DNA from: Spirochaetales bacterium
Lineage (GTDB): Bacteria > Spirochaetota > Spirochaetia > Sphaerochaetales > Sphaerochaetaceae
Direction: 5' to 3'
DNA: 64,000 nucleotides
Assembly (NCBI GenBank): GCA_012838275.1
Contig: DUPO01000188.1
Location: 7,623 to 71,622, forward strand
The notes under the pieces were generated by a model. That model was not told where the DNA came from, made no database searches, and saw nothing but the letters and a program-made list of their open reading frames with translations. Positions 1-8,341 of the stretch are shown piece by piece (position 1 is the stretch's first letter; each line of letters begins with the position of its first letter). Position numbers and translations under genes: made by a program.

Positions 1-818
1 AGTATACTGTCTACTTTACCTTTACTGTAATGGAAGAGGACTGTGACGGCATGTGCTGGAAGTACCTCATTGAAGAAGAAAAGTTCAAGCCGGACTTGGT
101 TGTCTCCACAGAGCCTACCAGCTGTCAGCTGTATCGCGGACACCGCGGCCGCATGGAGATCAGGGTTATCCTCAGAGGTATTTCCTGTCACGGCAGCGCT
201 CCTGAAAGGGGTGTCAGTGCAGCATACAAGGCAGCAAAGGCAGCCCTTGCCATTGAACAGCTGAACAAGGACCTGCTTCCTGATGAGGAGAAATTCCTTG
301 GAAAGGGCACCATCACTGTCAGCCAGATGGATGTGAAAGGACCTAGCCAGTGTGCGGTTGCAGACTACGCTATGCTTTATCTTGACCGCCGTCTGACATG
401 GGGTGAAGATGCAGAACTGGCAATGGGACAGGTTCGTGACTATATCTCCAAGGCAACCGGCGATGCTCCATCTGAGATTGTCGTGGAGATGCCTGACTAT
501 GAGAAGATCGGCTGGACCAAGAAGGAGTACTCACAAGAACTCTACTTCCCCACCTGGAAGATTGATGAGGACCATCCTTTGGTAGTTGCAGGTGTTGCGG
601 GATACAAGGATCTCTTCGGGAAGAAGCCTGTGGTTGACAAGTGGACATTCTCCACCAACCTGGTGGCAACCACCGGAAGACATAAGATACCTGCAATTGG
701 TTTCGGCCCTGGTGACGAATCCCAGGCACATGCTCCCAATGAGATTACCCGTGTTGATGACTTGGAAATCTGTGCCGCATTCTACGCAATGCTTCCATAT
801 TCATTAGAGAAAAAATAA
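1..818 (+). CDS. ygeY: YgeY-family M20 metallohydrolase of the anaerobic purine/urate degradation cluster (5' truncated by window edge)
   Basis: Frame is open from nt 3 (YTVYFTFTVMEEDCDG). M20 motifs MEED, HGSAPE, QAHAPNE. Lies upstream of ygfM/xdhD/ygeW homologues. Confidence 0.85.
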   Translation, partial: YTVYFTFTVMEEDCDGMCWKYLIEEEKFKPDLVVSTEPTSCQLYRGHRGRMEIRVILRGISCHGSAPERGVSAAYKAAKAALAIEQLNKDLLPDEEKFLGKGTITVSQMDVKGPSQCAVADYAMLYLDRRLTWGEDAELAMGQVRDYISKATGDAPSEIVVEMPDYEKIGWTKKEYSQELYFPTWKIDEDHPLVVAGVAGYKDLFGKKPVVDKWTFSTNLVATTGRHKIPAIGFGPGDESQAHAPNEITRVDDLEICAAFYAMLPYSLEKK

Positions 819-847
819 ATCAAATGGTTTGTTTTGGGTAACTGATA

Positions 848-856
848 TGGTATACT
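848..856 (+). promoter_or_regulatory. Putative extended -10 promoter (TGgTATACT)
   Basis: TG at 848-849 and TATACT at 851-856. The predicted start site near 861-863 coincides with the beginning of a hairpin. Confidence 0.45.
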
Positions 857-858
857 AA

Positions 859-887
859 TAGCCACAGGGTGTTATGCCTTGTGGCTA
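859..887. other. Inverted repeat / hairpin TAGCCACAGG-GTGTTATG-CCTTGTGGCTA
   Basis: Near-perfect stem read directly from the sequence. It could be the ygeY terminator or the 5' helix of a leader RNA. Confidence 0.6.
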
Positions 888-1349
888 ATTTGACCTCTCG
901 GATACCCATTCTGTTTTTCTCAAGATGATGGATGGTAGCATTTCGGGAGAAGGAGTTCCAAAGATGGCAATCTGGCCTATTGGACAACCAATCTGCTCAG
1001 ACGTTGGGATACTGACAAAAATTCCCCGGTTATTACCACCTAACAGCGTATCTGAAAAGTCCTTAGGCAACAGTAAGGAGTGTAGGACTATACATCCTGC
1101 TTCCCTGGTTGCCATAATCGCCGGTATGCACTGCAAGCCCTTTTGTTTCTTTTGATGGAGTATCGGGCTAGGCAAGACGAACTGGATACAACAACACTTG
1201 GGAAGCCTGGTGTATCCTTGTAAATTCTGCTTCCCACCTTCCTTGCTGCCAGCGGGCAGCTTGTGATGCCGGAGTTCGGACGGACTTCACCCTCATGGAC
1301 ACTTGAAGTGTTAGTGAATCCATGGTGAAGTCATCATGTAGGAGAACCT

Positions 1350-2738
1350 ATGAAGGATTCGTTATTACTGAAGAATATCTTCTGTCTTCAAACCAGTTTT
1401 GACAAAGAGGCATATAAGGGTGCCGACCTGCTGATTGTTGGCAATAAGGTAGCCAAGATCGCTCCTAAGGGCGACCTTGTAGCTGCTGAAGGTGTGAGGG
1501 TCATCGACTGTTCGCACCATGTGGTCATCCCAGGTTTGGTAAATACCCATCACCATTTTTACCAGACATTGACGCGCAATCACCCTGCTGTGCAGAATGC
1601 AAAGCTTTTCGACTGGCTCAAGTTTTTGTACGACGTATGGAAATATGTCGATGATGAGGCAGTCTACTACTCCTCCATGCTGGCCATGGCCGAACTGATG
1701 AAGACCGGCTGTACTCTGACCACCGACCATCATTATCTCTACCCTCGCTCCTTCAAGGGCGATCTTATGGGATTGCAGTTTAAGGCCGCTGACCAGCTCG
1801 GGATGCGTTTCAGCCCGACAAGAGGTTCGATGAGCCTGAGCAAGAAGGATGGGGGACTTCCTCCTGATAGTGTGGTCCAGACCCTTGAAGAGATTCTCAG
1901 CGACAGTGAAAGGTGCATAAAGACCTACCATGATAGCGCCCCTGATGCGATGCACAAGATAGCTCTGGCCCCTTGCAGCCCTTTCAGTGTTACCAAGGCT
2001 CTGATGACCGAGACAGCGGCTCTGGCACGCAAGTATGGAGTCAGGCTCCACACTCACCTCTGTGAGACCGCTGACGAGACTGATTTCTGTCAGGAGATGT
2101 ACGGGACTACTCCCGTAGCCCTGATGCAGGAGTGCAATCTCATAGGAGCCGATGTCTTCTATGCCCATGGGATTCACTTTAACGATGATGAGTTGAAGAT
2201 CCTCAAGGATACGGGATCACATATCGCCCATTGCCCCTCTTCAAACATGCGGCTGGGCAGTGGTATCTGTCGTGTGAATGAAATGTTGAAAATGGGTATA
2301 AATGTCGGTATCGCCGTTGATGGTAGTGCAAGCAATGACAGTTCTGATATGCTTGCAGAGGTACGACAGGCACTGTTGCTACAGCGTGTCCACTATGGTT
2401 CCGATGGCCTTACAACCCAACAGGCTTTCACTATGGCCACTGAGAACGGTGCAAAGATGTTGAATTTCGGTAACGTAGGAAGGCTAGATGAGGGATGGGC
2501 GGCGGATATGGCAATCTTTGATGTCTCCACCATTCCTTATGCAGGGAGTCAGAGCGACCCTGTTGCTAGCCTGATTTTCTGTGGCAATGACCACAATACT
2601 GAGTATACGATCATCAACGGGAAGGTTGTAGTTGACCAGGGGCAGCTGGTAGGATATGACGAGAAAGAACTTGCCGATAAGGCAAATGCCATCAGCGCCA
2701 AGCTTATGGATAAGGCTGCCAGAAAGGAGGCATTATGA
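1350..2738 (+). CDS. 8-oxoguanine deaminase-like amidohydrolase (SsnA/AtzB superfamily)
   Basis: NTHHHFYQTLTR metal motif, PCSPFS motif, HTHLCET, HCPSSNMRLGSG, DGSASND. AGGAG RBS at 1340-1344. Confidence 0.8.
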   Translation: MKDSLLLKNIFCLQTSFDKEAYKGADLLIVGNKVAKIAPKGDLVAAEGVRVIDCSHHVVIPGLVNTHHHFYQTLTRNHPAVQNAKLFDWLKFLYDVWKYVDDEAVYYSSMLAMAELMKTGCTLTTDHHYLYPRSFKGDLMGLQFKAADQLGMRFSPTRGSMSLSKKDGGLPPDSVVQTLEEILSDSERCIKTYHDSAPDAMHKIALAPCSPFSVTKALMTETAALARKYGVRLHTHLCETADETDFCQEMYGTTPVALMQECNLIGADVFYAHGIHFNDDELKILKDTGSHIAHCPSSNMRLGSGICRVNEMLKMGINVGIAVDGSASNDSSDMLAEVRQALLLQRVHYGSDGLTTQQAFTMATENGAKMLNFGNVGRLDEGWAADMAIFDVSTIPYAGSQSDPVASLIFCGNDHNTEYTIINGKVVVDQGQLVGYDEKELADKANAISAKLMDKAARKEAL

Positions 2739-3568
2739 TCCAGGAATTTCTTATTGCAAAAGATACTGAGGATGCGCTCAAGCTGAAACGAAATAACCCC
2801 AGAAGCGTATTTTATGCGGGAGGGACTGAGATAAACCGTTTGAATTCCACCGTCGATGCGAAAACAGCCATCGGTCTTTCGAAGCTCGGTCTGGACTCTA
2901 TCACCGATGAGGGTGGCTCCATTCGTATCGGCAGTATGGTCACGCTCCAGCAGCTGGTGGATTCTGATAGTGTTCCTCAATGGCTGAAGGATGCCGCACT
3001 ATTTTGCGGTTCCTTCACAAAGAGGAATATGGCTACCATAGGCGGTAACATGGCCATGTGCAGCGACCACTCCTATCTTGCTCCTGCCTTGCTGGCTTCA
3101 CGGGCGAGAGTCCTGACTGCAACCATTACGGAAGAGGGTTCTTACAACGAGGACAACATGCCCATCCGGGAGTACCATGCCTACCATACCCTGTTCAGCG
3201 GTACCTTGCTTCTGGGCTTCCTTATCTCTAAGGATAGCCGGTTTGTAGGGTCTTTGCGGTATGCGAACACGCTCCAGAGCCAAGCGGCTGTGACAGTAGG
3301 GTTCGGTGCTACAAAGAATGGGGAAGGGGTCATTGACCATGTGCGTGTCTTTGCCGCAGTTAAAGGCATCGGCTTGCAGCGTCTCCCCTCCGTTGAGAAT
3401 GCGATTGAAAATGGGGAACTTACCACCAAACAGGATGTACAGATTTCCGTAGGACATGAGGTCGAGGCGAAGGATGACACGACAGGAAGTTCCTCCTACA
3501 AGCGATATATCGCTAGTGTGGGGATTGCCCAACTGTTTTCCAACTTCATCTCCGGAGGTGTAAAATGA
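2735..3568 (+). CDS. ygfM: FAD-binding subunit of xanthine dehydrogenase-family molybdoenzyme (YgfM-like)
   Basis: YAGGTEIN and RNMATIGGN motifs. Overlaps both neighbours by 4 nt. Confidence 0.8.
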   Translation: MIQEFLIAKDTEDALKLKRNNPRSVFYAGGTEINRLNSTVDAKTAIGLSKLGLDSITDEGGSIRIGSMVTLQQLVDSDSVPQWLKDAALFCGSFTKRNMATIGGNMAMCSDHSYLAPALLASRARVLTATITEEGSYNEDNMPIREYHAYHTLFSGTLLLGFLISKDSRFVGSLRYANTLQSQAAVTVGFGATKNGEGVIDHVRVFAAVKGIGLQRLPSVENAIENGELTTKQDVQISVGHEVEAKDDTTGSSSYKRYIASVGIAQLFSNFISGGVK

Positions 3569-6444
3569 ACAAGATTACTCTTACCATAAATAACAAGAAA
3601 CTGCAGGCAACCGTAGAAGGTGGTGAGTCGCTACGCTCGCTGTTAGTCAAACTCGGCTACATCAGCGTCCGTGACAGTGACGACCGGGAAGGTTTTGCAG
3701 GAAGCGACACCATCATCTTCAATGATGTGCCTGTCTATGCAAACCTGATGCTCGCCCTTCAGGCTGATGGTGCGACCATCCGTACTGTAGAGGGGCTGGG
3801 CAACAGCCGTAAGCTCAGCATCGTCCAGCAGGCCATGATCGATGCCGGAGTTGTCCAGAGTGCGTATAACGCACCTGCCGCCGCACTGCTGCTCACTTGG
3901 TTGCTGGAGAAGGAGAAGAACCCTTCAAGGGCACAGGTTGCCGAAGTGCTTTCAGGGATTTTTATCCGTGACGCAGGATATGAGCACTACTATCTTGCTG
4001 TTGAGCTGGCCAAGGAGAAACTTGCGACCGGTGAGTACAAGAGTGCTATCTCCCCGACCTTCCGCGACCATCTCAGCTATGTGGGAAAACCCAAGTCCAA
4101 AGTGGACGGCCCCCAGCTGGTAGCCGGTGAAAAGAGCTTTGTGGAGGACCGGGTACTCCCCGGATACAAGAGCATGGTTGTGCTTCGTTCCCCCTACGCT
4201 CACGCCTACATCAAGAGCATCGACACTAAAGAGGCTCTAGCTATGGAAGGTGTCGTGGAGATTTTCACCTACAAGAACAGTTCTCAAGTGACTTACATGC
4301 AGGCCGGTCAGGGCAACCCCGAGCCGAGTCCGCACGATAGGCGCCTGTTCAATGAGAAGGTCAGGCATGTCGGTGACAGGGTTGCCGCAATAGTGGCGGA
4401 TACCTTGGAGCAGGCTATTGCCGCCCGTGATGCCATCAAGGTGGAGTATGAGGTGCTCAAACCTGTCTTCACTGTTGAAGAAGCCATGGAAGAGGGTGCG
4501 CCGATCATTCACAACGGTGTGGTTGAGTACAAGGTTGGCGCTCCTGAGGATCTTGCTGAGTACAACAAGAAGGCCGATCCTCGTGACGGCAAGGTCATCT
4601 ACCAGTTCCCGCTGCACGGAGATATCCGGAGGAACGTCGCCTCAGCTGCCCATGGGCAGATAGGAGATGTGGAAAAAGGGTTCAAGGAAGCTGATGCCGT
4701 AGTCGAGCAGACCTACCAGACCAGTCAGATCCAGTGTACCCCGCTCGAGCCGCATCTCTGTTATGCGAAGATTGACAATGGGAGGCTGGTAGTACATGCC
4801 TCGACTCAGGTTCCTTTCCACGTCAGGCGTATCGTCGCCTGGGTCTGTGAAATTCCTGAAAACAAGATTCATGTCATCAAGGAGAGGGTCGGTGGCGGTT
4901 ACGGTTCCAAGCAGGATGTGCTGGTTGAGGACCTTGTGGGCTATGCGACCTGGATAACAGGCGAGCCTATCTACTACCGCAATACACGCGAGGAGGAGTT
5001 TGTTGCAAACTCGACCCGCCACCCCATGCGGATGACAGTGAAGATGGGGGCAAAGAAGGATGGTACCCTGACCGCCGTTTACATGGATGTCCGGGCCAAT
5101 ACCGGTCCTTACGGCAACCACTGTCTTACCGTTCCCATGAATGCATGTTCCAAAACTCTGCCTTTGCTCAAATGTGACAACATGAAGTTCGATGTCATTA
5201 CCTACTATACCAACATCCTGCCTACCGGAGCCTATCAGGGCTATGGTGCCCCTAAGGGTTCCTACTCTCTGATGGTCTGTATGGCGGAGCTGGCTGACAA
5301 GCTTGGCATCGACTACTACCAGATGGCCCTTAAGAACAAGGTGGAGCCGGGCTATATGCTGGAGATTCTCAAGGGCCTTGGGGAGGGCAGAGAGGGTACC
5401 GTCGTTCCTGTCGGCTCCTGTGGCCTTGAAGAGGCGCTCGTTCAGGGTGCGGCGATGATCGAGTGGGGCAAGAAGGTGGAGCCTGATGATCCTGACTGGA
5501 AGGTCGGCAAGGGCTTTGCCATGATCCAGCAGGGATCCGGTCTTCCCGGACTTGATCACTCGAACGCTTGGGCGAAGCTGCTCACCGACGGGACGTTCCA
5601 GATCTTCAGCGGTGGGGCTGATTTGGGAACGGGACTGGATACCATCAGCGTAAAGATGATAAGTGAGGCCTTCTGTGTCCCGATGGACCTGGTGACAGTC
5701 ATCAGTGGCGACACTGACTCCTGTACCTTCGATACCGGTGCCTACGCCTCCAGCGGTACGTTCTTCAGCGGAAACGCATCCTACTATGCTACAGAGGACT
5801 TGAAGAAGAACCTGCTCGCAGAGGCCGCTAAACAGATGGGTGAGAAGGCAGAAGACCTTGTTTGCCGCGCACCGGGGGAGGTGTACAGCACCAAGACAAA
5901 GAAGAGCCTCTCCTATGCAAAGCTCAGTCATGATGCCCTTACCGGCACAGGGTCGGGCCAGGTTATGGGACGTGCTTCATTTACAACGAACCACAACTCC
6001 ATCCCCTATGGCGCCCACTTTGCCCAGGTTGCGGTGAACGTACGCACCGGACAGATAAAGGTGCAGAAGTTCTATGCCCTGCAGGATGCGGGTACTCCGA
6101 TCAACCCCGAACTTGCTCTTTGCCAGATGTACGGCGCTGCTCTCAAGTCCATCGGTCATACGCTCTACGAGGATATGGTCATTGATGAGAATGGCGTTTG
6201 TCTGACGGCTAACCTCACCGATTATGGTGTACCCATGATTAGTGAGATGCCTGAGGATTTCAAGGCTGTCCTTATCGATATCAATGATGAGGTGGGTCCG
6301 TATGGAGCCAAGTCCATCAGTGAAATCGCAACCAACGGCGCTGCTCCGGCAATAGCCATTGCCATCCACGATGCCGTCGGTGTCTGGATGCGTTCGTGGC
6401 CGTTCTCAAGTGAAAAGATCCTCAGGGAGCTTGGGAAGATTTAA
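3565..6444 (+). CDS. xdhD: XdhD/YgfN-like molybdopterin-binding subunit with N-terminal Cys-less 2Fe-2S-like domain
   Basis: GGGYGSKQ, YQGYGAPKG, GAKSISEIATNGAAPA motifs. N-terminal VRDSDDREGFAGSD resembles E. coli XdhD as recalled. Confidence 0.85.
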   Translation: MNKITLTINNKKLQATVEGGESLRSLLVKLGYISVRDSDDREGFAGSDTIIFNDVPVYANLMLALQADGATIRTVEGLGNSRKLSIVQQAMIDAGVVQSAYNAPAAALLLTWLLEKEKNPSRAQVAEVLSGIFIRDAGYEHYYLAVELAKEKLATGEYKSAISPTFRDHLSYVGKPKSKVDGPQLVAGEKSFVEDRVLPGYKSMVVLRSPYAHAYIKSIDTKEALAMEGVVEIFTYKNSSQVTYMQAGQGNPEPSPHDRRLFNEKVRHVGDRVAAIVADTLEQAIAARDAIKVEYEVLKPVFTVEEAMEEGAPIIHNGVVEYKVGAPEDLAEYNKKADPRDGKVIYQFPLHGDIRRNVASAAHGQIGDVEKGFKEADAVVEQTYQTSQIQCTPLEPHLCYAKIDNGRLVVHASTQVPFHVRRIVAWVCEIPENKIHVIKERVGGGYGSKQDVLVEDLVGYATWITGEPIYYRNTREEEFVANSTRHPMRMTVKMGAKKDGTLTAVYMDVRANTGPYGNHCLTVPMNACSKTLPLLKCDNMKFDVITYYTNILPTGAYQGYGAPKGSYSLMVCMAELADKLGIDYYQMALKNKVEPGYMLEILKGLGEGREGTVVPVGSCGLEEALVQGAAMIEWGKKVEPDDPDWKVGKGFAMIQQGSGLPGLDHSNAWAKLLTDGTFQIFSGGADLGTGLDTISVKMISEAFCVPMDLVTVISGDTDSCTFDTGAYASSGTFFSGNASYYATEDLKKNLLAEAAKQMGEKAEDLVCRAPGEVYSTKTKKSLSYAKLSHDALTGTGSGQVMGRASFTTNHNSIPYGAHFAQVAVNVRTGQIKVQKFYALQDAGTPINPELALCQMYGAALKSIGHTLYEDMVIDENGVCLTANLTDYGVPMISEMPEDFKAVLIDINDEVGPYGAKSISEIATNGAAPAIAIAIHDAVGVWMRSWPFSSEKILRELGKI

Positions 6445-6451
6445 GGCTTAT

Positions 6452-6504
6452 TGCAACAAACTGCAACAAAGAAACTAGACATTGGATTATGGCCGTGCTA
6501 TGAT
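6452..6504 (+). promoter_or_regulatory. Sigma70-type promoter for ygeW with upstream tandem direct repeat
   Basis: TGCAACAAA at 6452-6460 and 6462-6470. TAGACA (6476-6481), 17 nt, then TATGAT (6499-6504) with extended TG. Confidence 0.6.
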
Positions 6505-6550
6505 ACCAGTGTCTGGTTTTTTTCTAGAAATACTATGGAGGAAGGTGCGA

Positions 6551-7750
6551 ATGAAGGATAATGCCACTATTAAGAAAATGATTGAGGAGTTAAAGACTCT
6601 CAAGACTGAGGACATGTACCTCAATGATTTTTTCCATACTTGGAAAGAGTCTGATGATGAGATCAAGGCTGTCTTTGATGTAGCTGAGATCTTGCGTGCA
6701 ATGCGCGAAAACAACATTTCCACCAAGGTTTTTGATAGTGGACTTGGGATCTCCGTTTTTCGCGACAACTCGACCCGAACCCGATTCAGCTTTACCAGCG
6801 CTTGCAACATGCTCGGCCTTGCCATCCAGGACCTGGATGAAGGAAAGAGCCAGATCGCCCATGGTGAGACAGTTCGTGAGACTGCCAACATGATAAGCTT
6901 CATGGCCGACGTCATTGGTATCCGTGACGACATGTACATTGGCAAGGGCCATACCTACATGAAAACCGTCGCAGATGCTGTACAGGAAGGCTATGACGAA
7001 GGGATCCTGGAGCAGAGACCTACCATCGTGAACCTCCAGTGCGACATCGACCACCCTACCCAGAGCATGGCTGACATGCTTCATGTCATCAACCATTTCG
7101 GTGGGGTCGAAAATCTCAAGGGCAAGAAAGTAGCCATGACCTGGGCATACAGCCCTTCCTACGGCAAGCCCCTCTCTGTCCCCCAGGGAATCATAGGATT
7201 GTTCACTCGCTTTGGCATGGATGTGGTCCTTGCTCACCCTGAAGGGTATAACGTGATGCCTGAAATCGAAGAGATTGCAAAGGAAAATGCAAAGAAGGGC
7301 GGTGGTTCCTATAAGAGGGTAAAGACCATGGAAGAGGCTTTCAAGGATGCAGACATTGTCTATCCCAAGAGCTGGGCTCCCTTTGCTGTCATGGAAGAAA
7401 GGACTAAGATCGTTGAGCATAATGATGAGAAGGCCCTGCATGCACTTGAGCAGAGTTGCCTCGCCAGTAACGCCAAATACAAGAATTGGACCTGTACTGA
7501 AGATTTGATGAAGACCACCAAGGATGGTGAAGCCCTCTACATGCACTGCTTGCCTGCCGACATCACAGGTGTCTCCTGCAAGGAGGGTGAGGTTGAGGAA
7601 GCTGTCTTTGACAAGTATCTTGTCCCACTCTATAAGGAAGCAAGTTACAAGCCTTACATCATCGCAGCTATGATGTTCCTCGCCAAGTTCCAGAACCCTT
7701 CTGCGAAGTTGGAAGAGCTGCTTGCCGAGGCAAAGAAGAGAATCAAGTAA
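6551..7750 (+). CDS. ygeW: Knotted carbamoyltransferase YgeW
   Basis: DNSTRT, HPTQ, HCLP carbamoyltransferase motifs plus YgeW-type WAYSPSYGKPLSVPQG. Start placed at ATG 6551 after GGAGG. Confidence 0.9.
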   Translation: MKDNATIKKMIEELKTLKTEDMYLNDFFHTWKESDDEIKAVFDVAEILRAMRENNISTKVFDSGLGISVFRDNSTRTRFSFTSACNMLGLAIQDLDEGKSQIAHGETVRETANMISFMADVIGIRDDMYIGKGHTYMKTVADAVQEGYDEGILEQRPTIVNLQCDIDHPTQSMADMLHVINHFGGVENLKGKKVAMTWAYSPSYGKPLSVPQGIIGLFTRFGMDVVLAHPEGYNVMPEIEEIAKENAKKGGGSYKRVKTMEEAFKDADIVYPKSWAPFAVMEERTKIVEHNDEKALHALEQSCLASNAKYKNWTCTEDLMKTTKDGEALYMHCLPADITGVSCKEGEVEEAVFDKYLVPLYKEASYKPYIIAAMMFLAKFQNPSAKLEELLAEAKKRIK

Positions 7751-7775
7751 GGTTCGCTTATCGGCGATCGGACAT

Positions 7776-7801
7776 GAGGTCAGGAGAAATCCTGACCTCT
7801 T
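7776..7801 (+). terminator. Hairpin after ygeW
   Basis: Perfect 10-bp stem GAGGTCAGGA-GAAA-TCCTGACCTC. Weak U tract. Confidence 0.6.
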
Positions 7802-7855
7802 GATCAGTAAGGGCCAGCATGTTTCGAAGATGTGTCCGGATTGGACCTGTCCATG

Positions 7856-7902
7856 AAAAGAAACCCCAATCCAGACCACCCAACATAGAGGTGGGGATGG
7901 GG
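7856..7902 (-). terminator. Probable terminator for the VOC gene
   Basis: Imperfect GC stem followed by TTTCTTTT on the minus strand. Confidence 0.45.
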
Positions 7903-7936
7903 TGAGGTTCCTTTAGTCCGAATTTCAGGAGTTGAA

Positions 7937-8308
7937 TTAAAGTCTCTTCTTCTGCTCCACAAATTGGATGCGAAGTCCATTGGGATCTAGGACATAGAAG
8001 AACCTGATATGTTCATTGGGCTTGAAGGGGCCTCCCAAGATAGGGATTCCTCTATCGGTGACAAACTTCATCATGACATCGAGGTCATCCACAAAGAAAC
8101 CCATAGAGATGTCCTGTCCGTAGTGGGCAGGCTTCTCGCCCTTTCGCCAGATCAGTTCGACTTTTGTCTCCCCCGAACCAAGGAAAGCGAGTTCCATGCC
8201 ACCTTCAAGATCTGATCTGCCTTGCAATGGCAATTGCACAATTTCCTGGTAGAAAGCCAATGATTCTTCCATATCATTTACCCGTATGGTCGTCCAACTA
8301 AAATCCAT
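7937..8308 (-). CDS. VOC family / glyoxalase I-like protein
   Basis: TTIRVNDMEESLAFY and FFYVLDPNGLRIQF motifs. Confidence 0.85.
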   Translation of the reverse strand: MDFSWTTIRVNDMEESLAFYQEIVQLPLQGRSDLEGGMELAFLGSGETKVELIWRKGEKPAHYGQDISMGFFVDDLDVMMKFVTDRGIPILGGPFKPNEHIRFFYVLDPNGLRIQFVEQKKRL

Positions 8309-8341
8309 CTGTCCCTCCTGTATGGTACGATCTGAAATCCT

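Noticed and set aside
885-1175. 96-aa minus-strand and 76-aa plus-strand ORFs in the leader region
   Set aside because: No RBS or family motifs. They overlap each other in a structured non-coding-looking region.
4642-5931. 429-aa antisense ORF
   Set aside because: Lies wholly opposite xdhD and has no recognisable motifs. Codon-bias shadow.
1350-7750. Selenocysteine read-through in the selenium-associated purine cluster
   Set aside because: No in-frame TGA interrupts any of these ORFs, and all are full length.
6590-7879. 429-aa antisense ORF
   Set aside because: Shadow of ygeW with no motifs.
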